Position numbers and translations under genes: made by a program. A stretch of 64,000 nucleotides of DNA from Geosiphon pyriformis uo1 (taxonomy: Eukaryota > Fungi > Glomeromycota): NCBI GenBank assembly GCA_016748015.1, contig JAAOMT010000502.1, forward strand, positions 124,001 through 188,000, in the 5' to 3' direction. The notes below the pieces were generated by a model, which saw only the letters and a list, made by a program, of their open reading frames with translations, was not told the origin of the DNA and searched no databases. Shown piece after piece: positions 52,371 through 64,000 of the stretch. How positions within the stretch are numbered: the first letter of the stretch is position 1; each line of letters starts with the position of its first letter.

Positions 52371-53849
52371 AAAAAAATTGCAACAGTGAGGACACAGTAC
52401 GAATTTCTATTCGTCGTTCTTTTGTTTTTTATATTGTGAATATGTGGGCGACTTTAACCTGTCGCAATTGTAAATAGCCTATGCTCCCTTTTCTTTTAAT
52501 TAGTTTTTAAAAATCGGTGAGGAATTTTCTTTTTTTGTTTATAATCGGGTCTCGAGAAAAAGGTTACCTTTGGGTTTTAAGTTTTATTTTCATTAGATAT
52601 AGAAAACCCTCCAAAAAAAACGATCCCGAAAACTTTTACTTTATCATCGCAAAAAGGCTTCAGTGCTACAAAAATTTCTCCTCAGTCATCACTTCAAATT
52701 TAGTTTCAAATATTTCTCAACAGATAGCAATATCATCTTTTTTCGCAAATTCAGACCTATCTGTTATTTTTGCATCTATTCTCTGACATTATCAATGTTT
52801 GCCAATAATTTTTGTTCTGGGCTTCTTCCACTGCATTTATGGTCTGGATCTTTTCAAAAATCATATAATTATTACCAAACCATCAAAAAGATGTTCCCAT
52901 TCTGAAATATATCGGGTTCTTACGATTCATAGAAAAACTTTCAAATGTCGAAGTGAAAATTGCGCATCTCAATTGATTTAATCGAAAAACCATGAGTTTC
53001 TTGTTTGAAATATGGCCTTTTGAATATCTATCTTATAATGCCTTTTCTGACCTGTCCAAAGGTTGATCTACTTTTCGCTAAATGGCTCCTGATTTGATCG
53101 AACTAGCGTGAAGTCTTATTGGTTGTATTTGTTCCACGATTTGGATGTAAATACGTGATTCATCACATTTCTTTAAATGACGAAAAAAAAGGTTTTATTG
53201 TGTGGCTCAGTAAAGCAGTTTTAATTCTCTTAAATATTTTTTGTTAAAATATTAATAATTTAAAACCTGAAACTGTATATACTTGTTTCAATTTATATTT
53301 TTTAAATTAAGTTAAATTTAAAAAATGTAATAATTAAAATAAAATTTGAAATGTTGTCAATTAAAAAACTATTTATATTGCTATTTTTATTATTTTATTA
53401 ATAACCATTTATAAAATACAAAAATATTATAAAATAAAATATTAAAATTAAGAAAGTAGTAAAATAAAAGTTTTTTTACAAATTTGTTTTTTTTAGTTAT
53501 AATTAATTATTATTATTATTATTATAATTTAGTTATATCTTTTTAAATAATTAAATATTAATAATTAATATTTTAACTTTTAACAAATTTACTATTAATT
53601 ATCTGACAATACTTGGATTTTAACAGAATTTAGTTTTTTAAAAATTTTTATTATTAGTTAAAATTTTATTATTAATTAAAATATTAATTATTTAATTATT
53701 ATTTAGCCAAATTATTATTATTAGCAATTAAATTATATAACATTAAAAATTTACTAAAATATTCAATAATTTTTTAAATATTTTAGAATTTTATTATATT
53801 ATAAAACAGTATAACACAAAATATTAAAATTAATATTTAATAATCAAGA

Positions 53850-53945
53850 AACGAGTGGCCGGTCACATGTAGTAAGCGCGTAAGCCACATTTAGTTAGAC
53901 TCACTTATTTGTTTCTGTGGTTGGGCCGCACTCGTTAAAAAAAAA
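53850..53945 (+). mobile_element. ~95-bp poly(A)-tailed insertion homologous to the LINE 3' UTR (extreme 5' truncation or SINE-like)
   Basis: GC-rich island in AT-rich DNA. It aligns with 56838-56945 and ends CACTCGTT-A9. Confidence 0.75.
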
Positions 53946-55057
53946 TTATAATAACTATAACTAAAAAATTAACAAAAAACACATAATTAATTTAAAAAAT
54001 ACTAAAACAATGTATAACAATTTAACAAAACTAAATAAGTTAAAAAATAAATACAGTTTATGTTTTATTATACATAATATAATAAAAAACAAACATAAAA
54101 TTATTAATAATTTATAAAAAAATCTAAATATATAATTATTTTTTAGTAAAATATAATTATAAATAAATGTATTATCTAGCAACAAAACTAAATTATAAAA
54201 TCAAAATTCACAACCAGATTTATAATATTAAAAACCATAAAATTAATATTAAATAACAAAATTTTTTGATATTTGTATGTAATTTAAAATTTAATAATTT
54301 TATTATATTTTTGTGAACTTTAACCAAATTTTTAACAAAATTTACAATATTTACAGCAATAATTTGTTTAAAGATGTTTAAAGTGTTTAAACCCAATTTT
54401 TAATAATAAAACCATATATAATTTTAATATTTTATAAATTAAAAAAAATTTGTAAAATTATAAAAAATATTAATTTGGTTTCAATTTTATTGTTAAATTT
54501 TTATGTATTTTTTGAAACCTATTATTTAAAAAATATTGTTTTTAGTACAAAAAATAAATAATTCAAAGTCTTAATATATTTATATTTTAAATAAAACAAA
54601 TTTAGATATTTATGATTATATAATTTTTTAATAATAACAAATAGACAATTATTTAAAGTTTTTATTATATATATGTAAAACATATTATTTTATAATTTAT
54701 TAAACCAGACTAAAAAACATTATTAAAATAACAAATTAAAATTATTTTATCTAATTAATTAATTTAATATTAATATATTTAAAAAAATTAAAAAGTTTTT
54801 TAATCTTAATTCAATTAATTTTTTTTTATAACTTAAATTAATAATTTAGTATTTTTAATTCAGTATTTATTTTTGAAATTAAAATATTAACAATACAATT
54901 CAGATTTACAAGTGTCAAAACAGCTTAATTATTAGCTATATAACTATTATATATTTAAATTTTAAAATATATTTAAAAACCAAAAAAAAAATTGAATTAT
55001 TAATTAGCATAAATTTATTTTTAAAAATTTTATTATTAATTTATTATTAATTATTTA

Positions 55058-56945
55058 GTTCTGTGCTAGCACCCTGTTCATCCATTGAGTTCTCCTGTAC
55101 ATATTTATGTCAGTTCTGTAAATAACTTTCTGGTAGGCATAGTTTGTGTTCTTCTTGATTGCAATTTGTCTTTGGGTGGCTCTTTGGCCAATTTCTTTCA
55201 GTTTCATGATAGGGTCCCTATGTCTGCTGTTCTGGGTGAGTCACAGTTTCTCAGGTTTTTTTCTTCTCTTTAATAGTATAGTGTTGCCTTTGTGGATCAA
55301 CTTCGTGATCATCATGGTTCTGTTTTTAATTGGCACACTTTCAAGCATTGAAAAAGATTAAACTCTTATGGCCCTGTTCCTAAATGGTTCAAGCTTTCTG
55401 TTGTGTTTCTCAATGGTAGAGGTTTCCCTTTCACTCATCCCTCAGTTTTGGATGGAGTTGGTTCTTTGAACATTCTTAAATCTAGTGATTTTGTTTCTGT
55501 CTGTAATTGTCTCTTGCAAGTTGGTACCAACAGTTTGTCAGTATATACAGATGGGTTTCTTAGTAATCTGGGCACAGTTGGTTATAGAGCTGGCACTGTT
55601 GTATTTTTTGAGGACATTGATTTAAGTTTGGGCATCAGTGTGTTGGGTTTGATGTCATCTACTTTGGTAGAATTGTAGGCTATTGTGCTGGCTCTGGAGT
55701 GTGTTCTCTCACTGAGCTCTATTAAACTGTTTTCAAATAGTCAACCTGCTCTGGATGCCTGTAAGTCTGAATTAGATCTGGCGTGTTCCAATTTTTGTAA
55801 TCAGTATTGGGTTGAACATCATCATATTGTCAATATTATTTACAATAAGAATTTGAAGATCAGCTGACATAAGGTTAAAGGCCACTTTGGCATTTCAGGG
55901 AATGAACATGCTAATGCAATTGCTGGTAATGCTTCTCTCTCTGGTTGGTATCTTCCTTATCACTTGGGTAAACACTTTATAGTGGTTAATGGTAGTGTGG
56001 TTTTTGGCAATTCCAGACATTTTGTATGTAATATTTATTGTTCGGTTTGTCATGTGCACTGGGAGATTGGTTTTGGTTCCAAGTTTTTGGCAAGCAGTTT
56101 GCTTTTTGAGATTGACTGGCTCCATTCATCTTTGGTTTGGCACCCCGACTTGCACATAGCTGCTGGTTTTACTAGCAGACCCTTGGTTAATGCCTGTTCT
56201 TATTTCATGAAAGCTTTACACCACTGGTTACCAGTTGCTGTTTGGAAGCATCTTTATAATAGACTATATCCAAATATATTGTGTTTATATTGTGGTAATG
56301 TGGAGGCATCGGATCATGTGTTCTCTTACAAGATTGATGACTCTGTCTGATGTCAATTGTTGGAATCCTATGTAAACTCCTGGAAGGTGATCTCTGGTTT
56401 CTCTCATTCTTTTTTGGGCATATTAAATGTTGTTTTCATGTGTTTCTGACTCCTCTTTGGCCATGGCTCTTTATAAGAGTTTTGTTTTTAATGATTGGTT
56501 TCATGAGACAGTCACCATCTTTTACGATCCTAAGGTTGCTAGTTTGGAGATTGTCAAATTTGTGCACTCTCTTAGTCTTGATTTTAGGAATAATGTCTGG
56601 TTAGTTTATGCTAAACATCATGCTTATATGAAAAAAAATGGGTTGATTCTCTTTGATAGTTCAGTTTTTGTCTTAGTTTCTGGTTTGGCCTCTAGGTTGT
56701 CAACTGGGATGATCAAATTGCTTAGCACTGCTAATGCTTTTAGTGTTCATTTTGGCTTTTGCAAATCTTGTTTGTTTTTTTTGGGTGTAAGTAATTTAGT
56801 TTTAGTTCACATAGTTGCATAGTATTGTTCTGATTGGCCAAGTGGCTGGTCATGTATAGAAAGTGCATGATTCATGTTTAGTTTAGATTATTTTTTTGAT
56901 GTATAGCACTAGGTAGTGTTTGGATCTCACTCGTAAAAAAAAAAA
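55058..56945 (+). mobile_element. 5'-truncated non-LTR retrotransposon (LINE) with RNase H and C-terminal zinc finger, decayed
   Basis: VYTDG...SSTLVEL*AI..AL, LFSNSQ, HKVKGHFGISGNEHANAIA (RNase H) and CLYCGNVEASDHVF (zinc finger). Poly(A) at 56935-56945; TSD TTATTAATTATTTA at 55044-55057 and 56946-56959. Confidence 0.88.
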
Positions 56946-56959
56946 TTATTAATTATTTA

Positions 56960-59900
56960 ATTAAATATTAAATATTACTAATTAATTAATTATTACATAA
57001 ATTTTTGGTTAAAAGCCAAATTTTTTTATAATTATTTTTTTAAAAATAGAAATATTTTTGATTAATATTTTAAAATTAATTAGCAAAACAAAATTAAATA
57101 TTCTATTAGTCTATAAAAAAATTTTTTTTTAACAAAACTATTATTTTTTTATTTTATTTATTTATTTATTAAAAATTTTACAGTTAAAATTTTTTGTAAA
57201 AAAGTTAACTTTTATTGTAAAATAATTAGACATTATTAAAAAATATACAATTAAAAATTTTTGGGATTTTTATTATACAATAATTATACAAGTTTATTGG
57301 CACAAAATTAACTATTTTATTATAAATTTAATAATATATATAATTCAAAATATAAAAAAATGATTTAAAAATAAATAGCTTATTAAAAACTTTTTAAATT
57401 TTATTAATAACAGATTAACAACTATATTAATATTTATAATATTAAAAAAAATAATTAAAATATTTTAGAATTTTTGATACAGTAAAAAATATAAAATAAT
57501 AATTATTTTTAATACAACAACTTTAAAATACTTTTAGTTAATTTACATCTATTATAAGCAAAAATTTAAAATTCTAAAAAGAATTATAATTTTATAAAAA
57601 CATTTTGCAAATATTTTAAAAATTAAACACAATTTTTTAAAATTTTATATACTACTTACAAAAAAGATTAAAAATTTGCAATTACAAAATATTTAATATT
57701 TATTTTCAAAAATTTAATTACAATATTGTGAATTTTTGTAAAAAAACATATATTTTGTTGATTATTAATTCTTATTTAACTTGAAATTAAAATAATAAAA
57801 AACAAAAAAAATTTAATGACTTGTTTAAATAATTTATAATATACTAAAAATAAATACTAAATAATTATAAATATTTAAATAAAAAATTACTATTTTTAAT
57901 TATACTATTTCTAAATTATTTGTTTAAGCTTAAATACTTAATTTATTATTTGTTTATTTTTTTTATTAAAAAGTTTAATCTAATAACAAATATTAATCTT
58001 TATAAATATTAATTTAATTGATTATTTAAAAAATCAAAAAAAAAATTTCAAAAAAGAAAAAACAAAAATAACACTTTTTAAATTATAAAAATTTCGATAT
58101 TTTTAAAAAAAATATTAAAAATAATTATTAAAAATAGTTTAAAAAAGTAATAAAAGCAGCAAATACAAAATATAATTAAAATATTAAAATCAATTTTTTA
58201 TTTTTTTTATGAAAATAAGCTGGTTTATTTGCTAATTGGCAAGTATTTATGTTATCTTTTTTGGTTATTTTATTAATAATAGCACTTTTAATTACATTTA
58301 AAAATTAATTTAAAACTATTTATATTTATATTAAAAATTTAATTAATTTTTCAAAAAATTAAGTAATTAAAAACAAATATTATTATTTTAATATCTAAAA
58401 TTTAGATTAATTTATTGCAAAATTAAATAACAAATTTATTAAAAAAGTTTAATATTATATTTTATAGAATTTAATTATTTTTATTTAATATATTAAAACT
58501 TATATTTTAGTTTTTATATAGCTAATAAGTAATAATATTTTTAATGAATTTATTATTTAAAATTAAATTAATTGTTTTTCTTTAATTATTGCTTTTATAT
58601 ATATAATAATAATTATTTTGTTTATGTTTAATAAAATAATAATTTATTAACTTTTAAATCAAATAAAAAAACATTAAATAAGTTAGTGTTTTTAGTAATT
58701 TTTATTTATAAAATATTATATTATTAAAAAAAATTTATTATTGTATTATAACTTTATTTTTTAAAAATTTTGTATTTTTAATATTGTTAAGTAGTTAAAT
58801 TAGGCATAATAATAATTGAGTTTTTGTTAATTGTTATTTTATATAATTAATTAATTATTAAAACTATTTTTATTATTAATTGATTAAAAATAATTTTAAA
58901 ATATAAATTTATTTAGTTAATTTAATTTTTTAATTAATATTTTGTAATTTTAAATTAGTAATAGTTAATAATACTGTTGTTATACTAATAATAATTGTTT
59001 TAATATTAAAGTTTTGGTAAATAATAAATTAATAATAATTGTAAATAATAAAATTATTATAATTATACAAAATAATATTAATTATTTGTTTTTATTAATT
59101 TTTTAAAACTTTTACAATTTTTTTTAATGTTTTAAAATTTTATAATAGTAATAATAAAAATTTTAAAATTAGTTATTTAATAATAATATAAAAAATTATT
59201 TAAATTTACTTATTATAATAATTAGTATTTTTATTGTTAATTAATTTATTTATTATATTAAATTTTTTTATTTAATTAAAATCAAAATTAAAAAAAACCT
59301 GTTAAAATTTATTGTTAATTAAATTCTAAAAATTATCTAAAATCTAACTTTAATAATAGCAAAAATTAAAATTTTATTGCTTATTAATCTAATTGTTTAA
59401 AATTTTAAAATTTAAAATTTAGCTATATTAATATATTTATTATTAATATTATTAATTATTTAAACTTATTTATTATTAATATTATTTTATATATATATAT
59501 TTTTTATTTATGTATTAATAATATATATATTAATTATTAAACTTAAAAAATTTATTAATAAAAAAAATAATATCTAAATATAAACTTAACAATATTAAAA
59601 AATTATTATAATTAATAGTCAAAATAATGTTTAAATTTTTAAGCAATTTTATATTTTTTTTAAATTATTATTAATTTATAATATTAAGCTTATTTGTTAA
59701 ATTTGTTAATTTTAATATGTTTAAAATTATTTTTTAATATTTTAGTAATAATAATAGTATTAACAGATTATAAACCAACTTTATTATTATAAAACAAAAA
59801 ATAACAAAGTTATTACTACTTTTTATTTTATTTTATTATTAATAAATAAAACTTAAACACAAAGTAATATAATATATTAAATTAATTAATCTAAATTAAA

Positions 59901-61870
59901 TACAAATTACATATTTTTTATATGTAACTAGTTATTTAAACCAATTAAGACAATATTATATATTTATTTTAATATTATTATCAGAGATTTTTGGTTTTTT
60001 TTCTTGAATATTATAAATATTATTTTTGCTTTTAATTCATAATTATTGAAAGCAGTTAAACTTCTATAACTAAATTTATTTTTAAATTATCTTCTATAAT
60101 TTGAACTGTTGAATTTATAAGTAGAATGACCAGTTTTGTGTTAATTACTTTGTATAATTACTTTACAGTAAAAATTAACTTTTTTTTAAGAATTACTTAT
60201 CTAAAAGCTTATAAATAATATATAATTATTTTGCTGTAAAAGTCAACTTTTTTACAGAAATTTTATTTGTAAACTATCTTAATGTATTTAGTAAAAAATA
60301 AAATAAAAATAAAAGAAATATAAAAGAAAAAAAATTTTGTTTAAGAAATTGTCTTCTGTTTAGACTTAAAGTAATTAATAAATTATTGAAATTGGTGACT
60401 AGTTAATTTTAAACATTAATTTGGAATTTAGAAAATTTCAAATTATAATTAATTATAATAAATTATGTTTTTAAAGTATTTAATACTTTAATGATTTGTA
60501 CTTAAAAGACTTGTTTTAAGAAAAATAATTCTATGATAAAATATATTTTCAAAAAAAAAGCTTTTTTTTATATAATTTGTCATAGTACTAATCTATAATC
60601 TTAAATTTTTTTTTGTTATAGTTTTAACAAACTAAAGATATATTTTAGTAAATTATAAATTGTTTTTACAAATTATTAATTATTTTAGTAAATTATTAAA
60701 TTATTTCACAAAATTTTATAAATTTTAGCAAATTTTTAAATATTATAGTGTTTAAGATATTGAATGATCTTATTATTGTATTTGTATTTTGTATAAATTA
60801 AGTTATTAATTAGATAATAATATTTAATAATTTAAATTAATAATAATTAATAATTAAAAGAATGCTAATATGCTAATTAATAATAAGAATTATAAGAGTA
60901 ATTTTATGTTAATTTATTAATTAAATTCTATTGGTAACATAATCTCTTTCTGAAAACTAAGTTTTGTTAAAGTCTAAATATTATTTGTAATATTTAGATA
61001 ATAATCTAGTATTATTAAAGTAATTTGGTTTAAAAATTGTTGAAATTTTAGTTCTGTGAGCTTATTAATATATTGTATCTTTATTAATTAAAGTATTTGG
61101 TTTTGTAAGACGTTTTTGCAAGTATTAAATAAGTTATAGAGTCTAAAAACTGCTTTAAATTTGTAGTATGCATTTGTTGATTCAGTTATTGTCTTGAATT
61201 TATGATATATTTGTTTTTATATGACTCTGAGAGTAAAATTAGTTGCTTTAAATTCCAATTTCTGTTGATACAGTGTTTTTTTAATTTGAAAATATTGCTA
61301 AATAAAAGTGTATTCATTATTTTTATTAAGAAACAATTGTAGTTTTTGTTGTACTGTAATATTTAAAAAAATGTTTATAAGAATAAACAATAGATTCTTT
61401 TTTAAAGCTTGCTTCAAAAGTTTTGGTAACTGAATTCCAAAATAATTTTTTATGTTTTTTTATAAAAATAATAATTTTGAAAATTGTTTACTATTGAAAT
61501 TATAGTTTTTTTTAAATATAATTCATTTAACTTTTATTAATCGTTATAAATAAGTCAAAAAGTGTTTTTAAAGCTTACATTAATTTTTAGAATATTTGTT
61601 GAATGTTTTAAAAAATAATTATTATAAGTTATGAAAAAATTTTTATATTTGTAAAAAAAAAAATTGTTTTTGGTATAAAAGTTTTATATTTTTTAAATTA
61701 AGTATTTTTGGCAATTATTTTTTTATTTTTGTTTAATGTTTTTTTTGTATTATTTTTAAAGAGAATACTAATATAATAAATAATTTAAATATTTTAATTT
61801 AGTTGTTGTTTTATTATAATTATTGATTCTAAGTTTTACAAAATATTTTCAAATTTAATTAAAAAAAATG
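56960..61870. other. extremely AT-rich block, probably decayed transposons
   Basis: Very low G+C, CpG almost absent, no ORFs; family not assignable by eye. Confidence 0.45.
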
Positions 61871-61872
61871 TA

Positions 61873-63660
61873 CAGTCAAACCTAAGATAACTCTTATCCT
61901 TAGTGAATACAAATTGTTATGAATTATTACAGATTATAGGTTTTCTTAAGTTTAAATATATATAGTATACATATAATAAAAATAAATATAATATTATTAA
62001 AAAATAAATTTATTTACATATTCTTATAAGAATCATTAAATAGTTTATGTAATATTAAAAAAACTTGTAAGAGTTATTTGTTTTTGTTTATCTTATATTT
62101 TTTTATAAAGTATACATTTAATATAAGCAAACTTAATAATTGCATTATAAAATTTTTTGCTATTAAGCTCTATAAACTGTTTAAGATTTGTAATAACAGT
62201 TAGTGTATTTTTAATACTTATTATTTTTTGTACTTTTGTTTTTTATTAAAGCTATCATGTTTTATTTTACAATTTATTATAATATAATTTACAATCTTAT
62301 TATTATCCAAATAATTCAAAATAATTGTATTGTATTTTCCAAATAGATTTACCAACTCTTTAATTAATAAGTATATACAATTTAGTTATATGCAATTAAA
62401 TTTTTTGTAATCCTTAATTTTTTCTGATATTATTTCTTAATTATAATTAGCTATTATTTCTAAGTTTGTAGTTTATTCTAAAAGTTGTTATTTGTATTAA
62501 TTAAAAAAATGCCAAATTTGTGTCAGCAATAAACAATTATTTTATTTAAAACATTTTTTCTTGTTTTATAAATTAGACACATTATTTAAAGTTAGTTAAT
62601 TATATAATATTATCAATATTATTATTAAAAAAATTTAATACATGGTAAAAAAAATGATAATAATAATATGCTTTAAAACAATAAATAATTCTAATATCTA
62701 TAGACTGAATATGTACTGTTAAGTTAGATGTAAACTATTCTATATAAATATTTGTAATAAATCTTATATTATAATTGTATTAGTAAAATTGTCTATTAAT
62801 AATAATATATTTTGGTTTTTTTATGTAGCTGATAATCCTAATTAACAAATTATTATTGAAAAATATTACTAATCATTTAAACACAAGTGTTTGAATAATA
62901 CTGAAAACCAAGTTGTTTTTCTGTTTTCTTTTAAAAACAGCATAAATATTTAGCATAACTAATAATAAGTGGTGGCAAATACTTAATTTTATTAGTATTA
63001 GTTGGAAAAACAAATGTTAATTACATTTTTGATTGTTTGATACTATAATATAATATTGTAGTAAAATCTTAATTTAGTAATATAACATAAAATAATATAG
63101 TTTTATCTATATTAAAAATAGTATATAACTTTTAATTAGCAAAAAATGTTATTATATACATTTATTTATCTTCAATATACTTAATATTGACTAATAATAC
63201 TCATTATAAAAATAAAGTAAATACAATTTAATATGGTTTTTAAAGCTTTCAAACCAGTTATTAAATAGTTTTTGGCACTTATTTTTTGGAATATTCAATT
63301 AATTATAGAACTTTATATCAATAGCTAAAATTACATCTTTAATAAATATTATTTTATGTAATTTTGCCTCTTAAACAAAAATAACAAATTCTTTATCAAA
63401 GTTTAGATTACATATTATATATATATGCTTGCTAGTCAAGTCATGTATTGTATTTATTTATGGATAAAAATTTGGTTTATTTTTGATTTAAGCCAAAACT
63501 AAAAACTGTTTTATGTATAAAAAACCATTTTTTTTAAAGTGTCTTATAGTTTTTGATTGGTTTTTATTATTTGTATGATATTAATTAAGCATTATAAGCT
63601 TATTATAAAATATAGTATTTTTATAACTTTGTAAAATACAAGCTAAAAAAATAATATGTT
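61873..63660 (-). mobile_element. decayed pogo/Tigger-like DNA transposon
   Basis: Terminus TA|CAGTCAAACCT at 61871. Minus-strand fragments FNNWFESFKNH (CENP-B HTH-like), QNILLLIDNF and FTSNLTVHIQSIDIRIIYCFKAYY (cf. LPPNxTxxxQPxDxGIIxxFKxxY of DDE_1). Confidence 0.7.
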
Positions 63661-63736
63661 TTTTACTATTAGACATAGTAAAATTAAAAAACAAAAAAAA
63701 AACTTTAATCACATAAAACTAATCCAAAAATTCGAT

Positions 63737-64000
63737 TTGATTACTTACACAATTAATAATAATTTAAAACTTAAAACAATTTAAAACTTTAATTTGATTA
63801 CTTATATAATTAATAATAATTTAGAGCTTAAAATAATTTAAAACTTTGACTTGATTGCTTATATAATTGATAATAATTTAGAACTTGAAACAATTTAAAA
63901 CTCCAACTTAATTATTCATACAATTAATAATAATTTAGAACTTAGAACAATTTAAAACTCTAATTTGATTACTTATATAATTAATGATAATTTAAAACTT
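63737..64000. repeat. 57-bp tandem repeat array (>=4.6 units, runs off the window)
   Basis: Units start at 63737, 63794, 63851, 63908 and 63965; consensus ~TTGATTACTTATATAATTAATAATAATTTAGAACTTAAAACAATTTAAAACTTTAAT. Confidence 0.9.

Noticed and set aside
50937-52981. Short ORFs overlapping or following NDT80
   Set aside because: Alternative-frame or 3' UTR shadows of the real gene.
60000-61600. Ty3/Gypsy gag remnant on the minus strand
   Set aside because: Only faint resemblance; too eroded to support by eye.
63737-64000. CRISPR-like array
   Set aside because: The whole 57-bp unit repeats with no unique spacers, the context is eukaryotic and there are no cas genes.

Overview
This is AT-rich eukaryotic DNA with short GT-AG introns. 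The gene and repeat content (TKL kinase, BTB-BACK-TLDc, F-box/LRR, Lipase_3, RNase H-bearing LINE) points to a Glomeromycotina fungus, possibly Geosiphon/Ambispora-like; this is an inference. Apparently intact genes are a class-3 lipase, an F-box/LRR protein, GEP4, an S10 serine carboxypeptidase, an NDT80/PhoG transcription factor and several orphan or secreted proteins. Disrupted genes are a FAT1/FATP acyl-CoA synthetase, a second lipase within a 2.2-kb inverted duplication, an RlpA-like DPBB protein, a BTB-TLDc gene and a TKL kinase. The most notable hidden element, not recovered as one ORF by the track, is a decayed Fanzor2 (IS607-type TnpB, RNA-guided nuclease family) on the minus strand at ~10150-11425. 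It retains the HTH, IDPG and IIIPPFE motifs and a candidate omega-RNA/right end next to the FAT1 3' end. Other mobile DNA includes a 5'-truncated LINE with TSD, a ~95-bp CpG-rich hairpin-forming copy of a related LINE 3' UTR, Tc1 and pogo remnants, two MITEs, a 57-bp tandem array and long C/G-depleted blocks of probable transposon decay.
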